This document shows positions 15,701-28,945 of a stretch of 64,000 nt of DNA, in pieces. Position 1 is the first letter of the stretch. Every line of letters begins with the position of its first letter. The position numbers were made by a program, and so were the translations under genes. This stretch comes from Eledone cirrhosa. Its lineage: Eukaryota. The stretch lies in contig OZ024754.1 of assembly GCA_964016885.1 (NCBI GenBank), positions 20,646,001-20,710,000 of the forward strand, written 5' to 3'. A model generated the notes under the pieces. It saw only the letters and a list, made by a program, of their open reading frames with translations. It was not told the DNA's origin and did no database searches.

Positions 15701-18150
15701 TTAACATAGACTCCCTCCCATATTACCCTTGGTATTATCATAGGGAGTCGCTCCCATATTACCCTTGTTATTAACATAGACTCCCTCCCATATTACCCTT
15801 GGTATTAACATAGACACCCTCCCATATTACCCTTGGAATTATCATAGGTACACCCTCCCATATTACCCTTGGTATTAACATAGACTCCCTCCCATATTAC
15901 CCTTGGTATTAACATAGGGACTCCCTCCCATATTACCCTTGGTATTAACATAGAGACTCCCCCCATATTACCCTTGGTATTAATATAGAGACTCCCTCCC
16001 ATATTACCCTTGGTGTTAACATAGACTCCCTCCCATATTACCCTTGGTATTAACATAGACTCCCTCCCATATTACCCTTGGAATTTACATAGGGACTCCC
16101 TCCCATATTACCCTTGGTATTATCACAGGGACTCCCTCCCATATTAGCCTGGGTATTAACATAGACTCCCTCCCATATTACCCTTGGTATTAACATAGAC
16201 TCACTCCTATATTTCCCTTGGTATTAACATAGACTCCCTCCCATATTACCCTTGGTATTAACATAGACTCCCTCCCATATTACCCTTGGTATTATCATAG
16301 GGAGTCGCTCCAATATTACCCTTGTTATTAACATAGACTCCCTCCCATATTACCCTTGGTATTAACATAGACACCCTCCCATATTACCCTTGGAATTATC
16401 ATAGGTACACCCTCCCATATTACCCTTGGTATTAACATAGACTCCCTCCCATATTACCCTTGGTATTAACATAGGGACTCCCTCCCATATTACCCTTGGT
16501 ATTAACATAGAGACTCCCCCCATATTACCCTTGGTATTAATATAGAGACTCCCTCCCATATTACCCTTGGTGTTAACATAGACTCCCTCCCATATTACCC
16601 TTGGTATTAACATAGACTCCCTCCCATATTACCCTTGGAATTTACATAGGGACTCCCTCCCATATTACCCTTGGTATTATCACAGGGACTCCCTCCCATA
16701 TTAGCCTGGGTATTAACATAGACTCCCTCCCATATTACCCTTGGTATTAACATAGACTCACTCCTATATTTCCCTTGGTATTAACATAGACACCCTCCCA
16801 TATTAGCCTTGGTATTAACATAGAGACCCCCCCCATATTACCCTTTGTATTAATATAGACTCCCTCCCATATTACCCTTGGTATTAACATAGACCCCCTC
16901 CCATATTACCCATGGTATTAGCATAGACTCCCTCCCATATTACCCTTGGTATTAACATAGACTCCCTCCCATATTACCCTTGGTATTAACATAGGGACTC
17001 CCTGCCATATTAACCTTGGTATTAACATAGACTCCCTCCCATATTACCCTTGGTATTAACATAGACTCCCTCCCATATTACCCTTGGTATTAACATAGAC
17101 TCCTTCCCATGTTAGCCTTGGTATTAACATAGACTCCTTCCCATATTAGCCTTCGTATTAACATAGACTCCCTCCCATATTAGCCTTGGTATAAACATAG
17201 ACTCCCTCCCATATTACCCTTGGTATTAACATAGACTCGCTCCCATATTACCCTTGGTATTAACATAGACTCCCTCCCATATTGCCCTTGGTATTATCAT
17301 AGACTCCCTCACATATTACCCTTGGTATTAACATAGATTCCCTCCCATATTACCCTTGGTATTAAGATAGGGACTCCCTCCCATATTACTCTTGGTATTA
17401 ACATAGAGACCGCCCCCCATATTACCCATGGTATAAACATAGACTCCCTCCCATATTACCCTTGGTATTAACATAGACTCCATCCCATATTACCCTTGGT
17501 ATTAACATAGACTCCCTCACATATTACAATTGGTGTTAACATAGACTCCCTCCCATATTACGGTTGGTATTAACATAGGGACTCCCTCCCATATTAGCCT
17601 TGGTATTAACATAGGGACTCCCTCCCATATTAGCCTTGGTATTAACATAGACTCCCTCCCATATTAGCCTTGGTATTTACATAGACTCCCTCCCATATTA
17701 CCCTTGGTATTAACATAGACTGCCTCCCATATTACCCTTGGTATTAAAATAGGAACTCCCTCCCATGTTAGCCTTGGTATTAACATAGAGACTCCCTCCC
17801 ATATTACCCTTGGTATTAATTTAGACTACCTCCCATATTAACCTTGGTGTTAACATAGACTCCCTCCCATATTACCCTTGGTATTAACATAGGGACTCCC
17901 TCCCATATTAGCCTTGGTATTAACATAGGGACTCCCTCCCATATTAGCCTTGGTATTTACATAGACTCCCTCCCATATTACCCTTGGTATTAACATAGAC
18001 TCCATCCCATATTACCCTTGGTATTAACATAGACTCCCTCACATATTACAATTGGTGTTAACATAGACTCCCTCCCATATTACGGTTGGTATTAACATAG
18101 GGACTCCCTCCCATATTACCCTTGGTATTAACACAGGGACTCCCTCCCAT
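795..18150. repeat. ~10.3-kb-offset higher-order duplication: ~795-7600 recurs at ~11095-18150 with whole-monomer indels
   Basis: ORF pairs 2772/13073 and 3394/13695 (offset 10301) and 1142/11444 (10302). Private markers shared by the two copies: CCCTGAGTCTT (4425, 14760), TTAGCCTGGGT (~6153, ~16144, ~16701), ATTAAGATAGGG (~6814, ~17361). Confidence 0.85.
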
Positions 18151-21100
18151 ATTACCCTTGGTATTAACAGAGACTCCCTCCCATGTTAGCCTTGGTATTA
18201 ACATAGACTACCTCCCATATTACCCTGGGTCTTAACATAGACTCCCTCCCATATTAGACTTGGTATTAACATAGACTCCCTCCCATATTAGCATTGGTAT
18301 TTACATAGACTCCCTCCCGTATTACCCTTAGTATTAACATAGACTACCTCCCATATTAGCATTGGTATTTACATAGACTGCCTCCCATATTACCCTTCGT
18401 ATTAACATAGACTACCTCCCATATTACCCTGGGTCTAACATAGACTCCCTCCCATATTAGACTTGTTATTAACATAGACTCCCTCCCATATTAGCATTGG
18501 TATTTACATAGACTCCCTCCCGTATTACCCTTAGTATTAACATAGACTCCCTCCCATATTACCCTTGGTATTAACATAGGGACTCCCTCCCATATTAGCC
18601 TTGGTATTAACATAGACTCCCTCCCATATTAGCCTTGGTATTAACATAAACTCCCTCCCATATTACCCTTGGTATTCTCATAGGGACTCCCTCCCATATT
18701 ACCCTTGGTATTAAATAGACTCCCCCCCATATTACCCTTGGTATTAACATAGACACCCTCCCATATTACCCTTGGTATTATCATAGGGACTCCCTCCCAT
18801 ATTACCTTTGGTATTAACATAGACTCCCTCCCATATTACCCTTGGTATTAACATAGACTCCCTCCCATATTACCCTTGGTATTATGATAGGGACTCGCTC
18901 CCATATTACCCTTGGTATTAACATAGACACCCTCCCATATTACCCTTGGTATTATCATAGGTACACCCTCCCATATTACCCTTGGTATTAACATAGACTA
19001 CCTCACATATTACAATTGGTGTTAACATAGACTCCCTCCCATATTACGGTTGGTATTAACATAGGGACTCCCTCCCATATTACCCTCGGTATTAACACAG
19101 GGACTCCCTCCCATATTACCCTTGGTATTAACAGAGACTCCCTCCCATGTTAGCCTTGGTATTAACATAGACTACCTCCCATATTACCCTGGGTCTTAAC
19201 ATAGACTCCCTCCCATATTAGACTTGGTATTAACATAGACTACCTCCCATATTAGCATTGGTATTTACATAGACTCCCTCCCATATTACCCTTGGTATTA
19301 ACATAGACTACCTCCCATATTACCCTGGGTCTTAACATAGACTCCCTCCCATATTAGACTTGGTATTAACATAGACTCCCTCCCATATTAGCATTGGTAT
19401 TTACATAGACTCCGTCCCATATTACCCTTAGTATTAACATAGACTCCCTCCCATATTACCCTTGGTATTAACATAGGGACTCCCTCCCATATTAGCCTTG
19501 GTATTAACATAGACACCCTCCCATATTACCCTTGGTATTAACATAGACTCCCTCCCATATTACCCTTGGTATTAACATAGACTCCCTCCCATGTTAGCCT
19601 TGGTATTAACATAGACTCCCTCCCATATTAGCCTTGGTATTAACATAGACTCCCTCCCATATTACCCTTGGTATTATCATAGGGACTCCCTCCCATATTA
19701 CCCTTGGTATTAACATAGACTCCCTCCCATATTACCCTTGGTATTAACATAGACACCCTCCCATATTACCCTTGGTATTATCATAGGGACTCCCTCCCAT
19801 ATTACCTTTGGTATTAACATAGACTCCCTCCCATATTACCCTTGGTATTAACATAGACTCCCTCCCATATTACCCTTGGTATTATCATAGGGACTCGCTC
19901 CCATATTACCCTTGTTATTAACATAGACTCCCTCACATATTACCCTTGGTATTAAGATAGACACCCTCCCATATTACCCTTGGAATTATCATAGGTACAC
20001 CCTCCCATATTACCCTTGGTATTAACATAGACTCCCTCCCATATTACCCTTGGTATTAACATAGGGACTCCCTCCCATATTACCCTTGGTATTAACATAG
20101 AGACTCCCCCCATATTACCCTTGGTATTAATATAGAGACTCCCTCCCATATTACCCTTGGTGTTAACATAGACTCCCTCCCATATTACCCTTGGTATTAA
20201 CATAGACTCCCTCCCATATTACCCTTGGAATTTACATAGGGACTCCCTCCCATATTACCCTTGGTATTATCACAGGGAATCCCTCCCATATTAGCCTTGG
20301 TATTAACATAGACTCCCTCCCATATTACCCTTGGTATTAACATAGACTCACTCCTATATTTCCCTTGGTATTAACATAGACACCCTCCCATATTAGCCTT
20401 GGTATTAACATAGAGACCCCCCCCCCATATTACCCTTGGTATTAATATAGACTCCCTCCCATATTACCCTTGGTATTAACATAGACCCCCTCCCATATTA
20501 CCCATGGTATTAGCATAGACTCCCTCCCATATTACCCTTGGTATTAACATAGACTCCCTCCCATATTACCCTTGGTATTAACATAGGGACTCCCTGCCAT
20601 ATTAACCTTGGTATTAACATAGACTCCCTCCCATATTACCCTTGGTATTAACATAGACTCCCTCCCATATTACCCTTGGTATTAACATAGACTCCCTCCC
20701 ATGTTAGCCTTGGTATTAACATAGACTCCTTCCCATATTAGCCTTCGTATTAACATAGACTCCCTCCCATATTAGCCTTGGTATAAACATAGACTCCCCC
20801 CCATATTACCCTTGGTATTAACATAGACTCGCTCCCATATTACCCCTGGTATTAACATAGACTCCCTCCCATATTGCCCTTGGTATTATCATAGACTCCC
20901 TCACATATTACCCTTGGTATTAACATAGATTCCCTCCCATATTACCCTTGGTATTAACATAGGGACTCCCTCCCATATTACTCTTGGTATTAACATAGAG
21001 ACCGCCCCCCATATTACCCATGGTATAAACATAGACTCCCTCCCATATTACCCTTGGTATTAACATAGACTCCATCCCATATTACCCTTGGTATTAACAT

Positions 21101-22440
21101 AGACTCCCTCACATATTACAATTGGTGTTAACATAGACACCCTCCCATATTACGGTTGGTATTAAAATAGGGACTCCCTCCCATATTAGCCTTGGTATTA
21201 ACATAGGGACTCCCTCCCATATTAGCCTTGGTATTAACATAGACTCCCTCCCATATTAGCCTTGGTATTTACATAGACTCCCTCCCATATTACCCTTGGT
21301 ATTAACATAGACTGCCTCCCATATTACCCTTGGTATTAAAATAGGAACTCCCTCCCATGTTAGCCTTGGTATTAACATAGGGACTCCCTCCCATATTAGC
21401 CTTGGTATTTACATAGACTCCCTCCCATATTACCCTTGGTACTAACATAGACTCCCTTCCATATTACCCTTGGTATTAACATAGACTCCCTCCCATATTA
21501 CCCTTGTTATTAACATAGGGATTCCCTCCCATATTACCCTTGGTATTAACATAGAGACTACCCCCATATTACCCTTGGTATTAATGTAGAGACTCCCTCC
21601 CATATTAACCTTGGTGTTAACATAGACACCCTCCCATATTACCCTTGGTATTAACATAGGGACTCCCTCCCATATTAGCCTTGGTATTAACATAGGGACT
21701 CCCTCCCATATTAGCCTTTGTATTTACATAGACTCCCTCCCATATTACCCTTGGTATTAACATAGACTCCCTCTCATATTACCCTTGGTATTAACATAGA
21801 CTCCCTGCCATATTACACTTTGTATTAACATAGACTCACCCCCCATATTACCCTTCGTATTAATATAGACTCCCTCCCATATTAGCCTTGGTATTAACAT
21901 AGACTCCCTCCCATATTACCCTTGGTATTAACATAGACACCCTCCCATGTTAGCCTTGGTATTAACATGGACTCTTTCCCATATTAGCCTTGGTATTAAC
22001 ATAGACTCCCTCCCATATTAGCCTTGGTATTAACATAGACTCCCTCCCATATTAGCCTTGGTATTAACATAGACTCCCTCCCATATTACACTTGGTATTA
22101 ACATAGGGACTCCCTCCCATATTACCCTTGGTATTAACATAAGGACTCTCTCCCATATTACCTTTGGTATTAACATAGACTCCCTCCCATATTACCCTTG
22201 GTATTATCATAGGGAATCCCTCCCATATTACCCTTGGTATTAACATAGACTCCCTTCCATATTACCCTTGGTATTAACATAGACACCCTCCCATATTACC
22301 CTTGGGATTATCATAGGTACACCCTCCCATATTACCCTTGGTATTAACATAGACTCCCTCCCATATTACCCTTGGAATTGTCATAGGGACACCCTCCCAT
22401 ATTACCCTTGGTATTAACATAGACTCCCTCCCATATTACC
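9370..22440. repeat. ~8.4-8.6-kb-offset duplication: ~9370-14070 recurs at ~17990-22440
   Basis: ORF pairs 11444/19952 (8508), 13073/21442 and 13695/22064 (8369). Same succession of variant monomers, with monomer-sized indels changing the offset. Confidence 0.75.
15661..16774. repeat. Direct tandem duplication of 557 bp (16 monomers)
   Basis: Identical ORFs at 15805 and 16362. GGGAGTCGC and ACTCCTATATTTCCC (16203, 16760) each occur twice, 557 bp apart. 557 = 9x34 + 6x36 + 1x35. Confidence 0.92.
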
Positions 22441-23599
22441 CTTGGTATTAACATAGGGACTCGCTCCCATATTACCCTTGGTATTAACATAGAGACTCCC
22501 CCCCATATTACCCTTGGTATTAATATAGAGACTCCCTCCCATATTAACCTTGGTGTTAACATAGACTCCCTCCCATATTACCCTTGGTATTAACATAGGG
22601 ACTCCCTCCCATATTAGCCTTGGTATTAACATAGACTCCCTCCCATATTAGCATTGGTAATTACATAGACTACCTCCCATATTACCCTTGGTATTAACAT
22701 AGACTCCCTCCCATGTTAGCCTTGGTATTAACATAGACTACCTCCCACATTACCCTGGGTCTTAACATAGACTCCCTCCCATATTAGACTTGGTATTAAC
22801 ATAGAGACTCCCCCCCCCCATATTACCCTTGGTATTAATATAGAGACTCCCTCCCATATTAACCTTGGTGTTAACATAGACTCCCTCCCATATTACCCTT
22901 GGTATTAACATAGGGACTCCCTCCCATATTAGCCTTGGTATTAACATAGACTCCCTCCCATATTAGCATTGGTATTTACATAGACTCCCTCCCATATTAC
23001 CCTTGGTATTAACATAGACTACCTCCCATCTTACCCTGGGTCTTAACATAGACTCCCTCCCATATTAGACTTGGTATTAACATAGACTCCCTCCCATATT
23101 AGCATTGGTATTTACATAGACTCCCTCCCATATTACCCTTGGTATTAACATAGACTCCTTCCCATATTACCCTTGGTATTAACATAGGGACTCCCTCCCA
23201 TATTAGCCTTGGTATTAACATAGACACCCTCCCATATTACCCATGGTATTAGCATAGACTCCCTCCCATATTACCCTTGGTATTAACATAGACTCCCTCC
23301 CATATTACCCTTGGTATTAACATAGGGACTCCCTGCCATATTAACCTTGGTATTAACATAGACTCCCTCCCATATTACCCTTGGTATTAACATAGACTCC
23401 CTCCCATATTACCCTTGGTATTAACATAGACTCCCTCCCATGTTAGCCTTGGTATTAACATAGACCTTTCCCATATTAGCCTTGGTATTAACATAGACTC
23501 CCTCCCATATTACCCTTGGTATTAACATAGGGACTCCCTCCCATATTAGCCTTGGTATTAACATAGACACCCGCCCATATTACCCTTGATATTAACATA

Positions 23600-26500
23600 G
23601 ACTCCCTCCCATATTACCCTTGGTATTAACATAGACTCCCTCCCATGTTAGCCTTGGTATTAACATAGACCTCTCCCATATTAGCCTTGGTATTAACATA
23701 GACTCCCTCCCATATTAGCCTTGGTATTAACATAGACTCCCTCCCATATTACCCTTGGTATTATCATAGGGACTCCCTCCCATATTACCCTTGGTATTAA
23801 CATAGACACCCGCCCATATTACCCTTGATATTAACATAGACTCCCTCCCATATTACCCTTGGTATTAACATAGACTCCCTCCCATGTTAGCCTTGGTATT
23901 AACATAGACCTTTCCCATATTAGCCTTGGTATTAACATAGACTCCCTCCCATATTACCCTTGGTATTATCATAGGGACTCCCTCCCATATTACGCTTGGT
24001 ATTAACATAGACTCCCTCCCATATTACCCTTGATATTAACATAGACACCCTCCCATATTAGCCTTGGTATTAACATAGACTCCCTCCCATATTACCCTTG
24101 GTATTAACATAGACTCACTCCTATATTTCCCTTGGTATTAACATAGACACCCTCCCATATTAGCCTTGGTATTAACATAGAGACCCCCCCCCATATTACC
24201 CTTGGTATTAATATAGACTCCCTCCCATATTACCCTTGGTATTAACATAGACCCCCTCCCATATTACCCATGGTATTAGCATAGACTCCCTCCCATATTA
24301 CCCTTGGTATTAACATAGACTCCCTCCCATATTACCCTTGGTATTAACATAGGGACTCCCTGCCATATTAACCTTGGTATTAACATAGACTCCCTCCCAT
24401 ATTACCCTTGGTATTAACATAGACTCCCTCCCATATTACCCTTGGTATTAACATAGACTCCCTCCCATGTTAGCCTTGGTATTAACATAGATTCCTTCCC
24501 ATATTAGCCTTCGTATTAACATAGACTCCCTCCCATATTAGCCTTGGTATAAACATAGACTCCCTCCCATATTACCCTTGGTATTAACATAGACTCGCTC
24601 CCATATTACCCTTGGTATTAACATAGACTCCCTCCCATATTGCCCTTGGTATTATCATAGACTCCCTCACATATTACCCTTGGTATTATCATAGATTCCT
24701 TCCCATATTACCCTTGGTATTAACATAGGGACTCCCTCCCATATTACTCTTGGTATTAACATAGAGACCGCCCCCCATATTACCCATGGTATAAACATAG
24801 ACTCCCTCCCATATTACCCTTGGTATTAACATAGACTCCATCCCATATTACCCTTGGTATTAACATAGACTCCCTCACATATTACAATTGGTGTTAACAT
24901 AGACTCCCTCCCATATTACGGTTGGTATTAAAATAGGGACTCCCTCCCATATTAGCCTTGGTATTAACATAGGGACTCCCTCCCATATTAGCCTTGGTAT
25001 TAACATAGACTCCCTCCCATATTAGCCTTGGTATTTACATAGACTCCCTCCCATATTACCCTTGGTATTAACATAGACTGCCTCCCATATTACCCTTGGT
25101 ATTAAAATAGGAACTCCCTCCCATGTTAGCCTTGGTATTAACATAGGGACTCCCTCCCATATTAGCCTTGGTATTATCATAGACTCCCTCCCATATTACC
25201 CTTGGTATTAACATAGACACCCTCCCATGTTAGCCTTGGTATTAACATGGACTCTTTCCCATATTAGCCTTGGTATTAACATAGACTCCCTCCCATATTA
25301 GCCTTGGTATTAACATAGACTCCCTCCCATATTACCCTTGGTATTATCATAGGGACTCCCTCCCATATTACCCTTGGTATTAACATAGACACCCGCCCAT
25401 ATTACCCTTGATATTAACATAGACAACTCCCATATTACCCTTAGGATTAACATAGACTCCCTCCCATGTTAGCCTTGGTATTAACATAGACCTTTCCCAT
25501 ATTAGCCTTGGTATTAACATAGACTCCCTCCCATATTAGCCTTGGTATTAACATAGACTCCCTCCCATATTACCCTTGGTATTATCATAGGGACTCCCTC
25601 CCATATTACCCTTGGTATTAACATAGACTCCCTCCCATATTACCCTTGATATTAACATAGACACCCTCCCATATTACCCTTGGTATCATCATAGGGACTC
25701 CCTCCCATATTACCCTTGGTATTAACATAGACTCCCTTCCATATTACCCTTGGTATTATCATAGGGTCTCCCTCCCATATTACCCTTGGTATTAACATAG
25801 ACTCCCTCCCATATTACCCTTGGTATTAACATAGACTCCCTCCCATGTTAGCCTTGGTATTAACATAGACCTCTCCCATATTAGCCTTGGTATTAACATA
25901 GACTCCCTCCCATATTAGCCTTGGTATTAACATAGACTCCCTCCCATATTACCCTTGGTATTATCATAGGGACTCCCTCCCATATTACCCTTGGTATTAA
26001 CATAGACACCCGCCCATATTACCCTTGATATTAACATAGACTCCCTCCCATATTACCCTTGGTATTAACATAGACTCCCTCCCATGTTAGCCTTGGTATT
26101 AACATAGACCTTTCCCATATTAGCCTTGGTATTAACATAGACTCCCTCCCATATTACCCTTGGTATTATCATAGGGACTCCCTCCCATATTACCCTTGGT
26201 ATTAACATAGACTCCCTCCCATATTACCCTTGATATTAACATAGACACCCTCCCATATTAGCCTTGGTATTAACATAGACTCCCTCCCATATTACCCTTG
26301 GTATTAACATAGACTCACTCCTATATTTCCCTTGGTATTAACATAGACACCCTCCCATATTAGCCTTGGTATTAACATAGAGACCCCCCCCATATTACCC
26401 TTGGTATTAATATAGACTCCCTCCCATATTACCCTTGGTATTAACATAGACCCCCTCCCATATTACCCATGGTATTAGCATAGACTCCCTCCCATATTAC

Positions 26501-27945
26501 CCTTGGTATTAACATAGACTCCCTCCCATATTACCCTTGGTATTAACATAGGGACTCCCTGCCATATTAACCTTGGTATTAACATAGACTCCCTCCCATA
26601 TTACCCTTGGTATTAACATAGACTCCCTCCCATGTTAGCCTTGGTATTAACATAGATTCCTTCCCATATTAGCCTTCGTATTAACATAGACTCCCTCCCA
26701 TATTAGCCTTGGTATAAACATAGACTCCCTCCCATATTATCCTTGGTATTAACATAGACTCGCTCCCATATTACCCTTGGTATTAACATAGACTCCCTCC
26801 CATATTGCCCTTGGTATTATCATAGACTCCCTCACATATTACCCTTGGTATTATCATAGATTCCCTCCCATATTACCCTTGGTATTAACATAGGGACTCC
26901 CTCCCATATTACTCTTGGTATTAACATAGAGACCGCCCCCCATATTACCCATGGTATAAACATAGACTCCCTCCCATATTACCCTTGGTATTAACATAGA
27001 CTCCATCCCATATTACCCTTGGTATTAACATAGACTCCCTCACATATTACAATTGGTGTTAACATAGACTCCCTCCCATATTACGGTTGGTATTAAAATA
27101 GGGACTCCCTCCCATATTAGCCTTGGTATTAACATAGGGACTCCCTCCCATATTAGCCTTGGTATTAACATAGACTCCCTCCCATATTAGCCTTGGTATT
27201 TACATAGACTCCCTCCCATATTACCCTTGGTATTAACATAGACTGCCTCCCATATTACCCTTGGTATTAAAATAGGAACTCCCTCCCATGTTAGCCTTGG
27301 TATTAACATAGGGACTCCCTCCCATATTAGCCTTGGTATTATCATAGACTCCCTCCCATATTACCCTTGGTATTAACATAGACACCCTCCCATGTTAGCC
27401 TTGGTATTAACATGGACTCTTTCCCATATTAGCCTTGGTATTAACATAGACTCCCTCCCATATTAGCCTTGGTATTAACATAGACTCCCTCCCATATTAC
27501 CCTTGGTATCATCATAGGGACTCCCTCCCATATTACCCTTGGTATTAACATAGACACCCGCCCATATTACCCTTGATATTAACATAGACAACTCCCATAT
27601 TACCCTTAGGATTAACATAGACTCCCTCCCATGTTAGCCTTGGTATTAACATAGACCTTTCCCATATTAGCCTTGGTATTAACATAGACTCCCTCCCATA
27701 TTAGCCTTGGTATTAACATAGACTCCCTCCCATATTACCCTTGGTATTATCATAGGGACTCCCTCCCATATTACCCTTGGTATTAACATAGACTCCCTCC
27801 CATATTACCCTTGATATTAACATAGACACCCTCCCATATTACCCTTGGTATCATCATAGGGACTCCCTCCCATATTACCCTTGGTATTAACATAGACTCC
27901 CTTCCATATTACCCTTGGTATTATCATAGGGTCTCCCTCCCATAT
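23600..27945. repeat. Tandem duplication of ~2.2 kb (offset 2200, then 2165)
   Basis: GACCTCTCCC at ~23668/25868, CTATATTTCC at 24121/26321, AGACAACTCCC at 25421/27586. Confidence 0.9.
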
Positions 27946-28945
27946 TACCCATGGTATAAACATAGACTCCCTCCCATATTACCCTTGGTATTAACATAGA
28001 CTCCATCCCATATTACCCTTTGTATTAACATAGACTCCCTCACATATTACAATTGGTGTTAACATAGACTCCCTCCCATATTACGGTTGGTATTAAAATA
28101 GGGACTCCCTCCCATATTAGCCTTGGTATTAACATAGGGACTCCCTCCCATATTAGCCTTGGTATTAACATAGACTCCCTCCCATATTAGCCTTGGTATT
28201 TACATAGACTCCCTCCCATATTACCCTTGGTATTAACATAGACTGCCTCCCATATTACCCTTGGTATTAAAATAGGAACTCCCTCCCATGTTAGCCTTGG
28301 TATTAACATAGGGACTCCCTCCCATATTAGCCTTGGTATTATCATAGACTCCCTCCCATATTACCCTTGGTATTAACATAGACACCCTCCCATGTTAGCC
28401 TTGGTATTAACATGGACTCTTTCCCATATTAGCCTTGGTATTAACATAGACTCCCTCCCATATTAGCCTTGGTATTAACATAGACTCCCTCCCATATTAC
28501 CCTTGGTATTATCATAGGGACTCCCTCCCATATTACCCTTGGTATTAACATAGACACCCGCCCATATTACCCTTGATATTAACATAGACAACTCCCATAT
28601 TACCCTTAGGATTAACATAGACTCCCTCCCATGTTAGCCTTGGTATTAACATAGACCTTTCCCATATTAGCCTTGGTATTAACATAGACTCCCTCCCATA
28701 TTAGCCTTGGTATTAACATAGACTCCCTCCCATATTACCCTTGGTATTATCATAGGGACTCCCTCCCATATTACCCTTGGTATTAACATAGACTCCCTCC
28801 CATATTACCCTTGATATTAACATAGACACCCTCCCATATTACCCTTGGTATCATCATAGGGACTCCCTCCCATATTACCCTTGGTATTAACATAGACTCC
28901 CTTCCATATTACCCTTGGTATTATCATAGGGTCTCCCTCCCATAT
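26945..28945. repeat. Tandem duplication of 1000 bp (29 monomers) nested on the 2.2-kb duplication
   Basis: CATATTACCCATGGTATAAA at 26941/27941 and AGACAACTCCC at 27586/28586. The copies differ at 27021/28021 (G/T) and 27510/28510 (C/T). Confidence 0.93.

Noticed and set aside
26945-28945. Exactly 1000-bp (and 7500-bp) offsets as signs of synthetic or assembly artefact
   Set aside because: 1000 bp is the natural sum of 29 monomers (19x34 + 8x36 + 2x33), the copies differ at two or more sites, and the 7500 offset drifts from 7289 to 7432. Read-level confirmation is still advisable.
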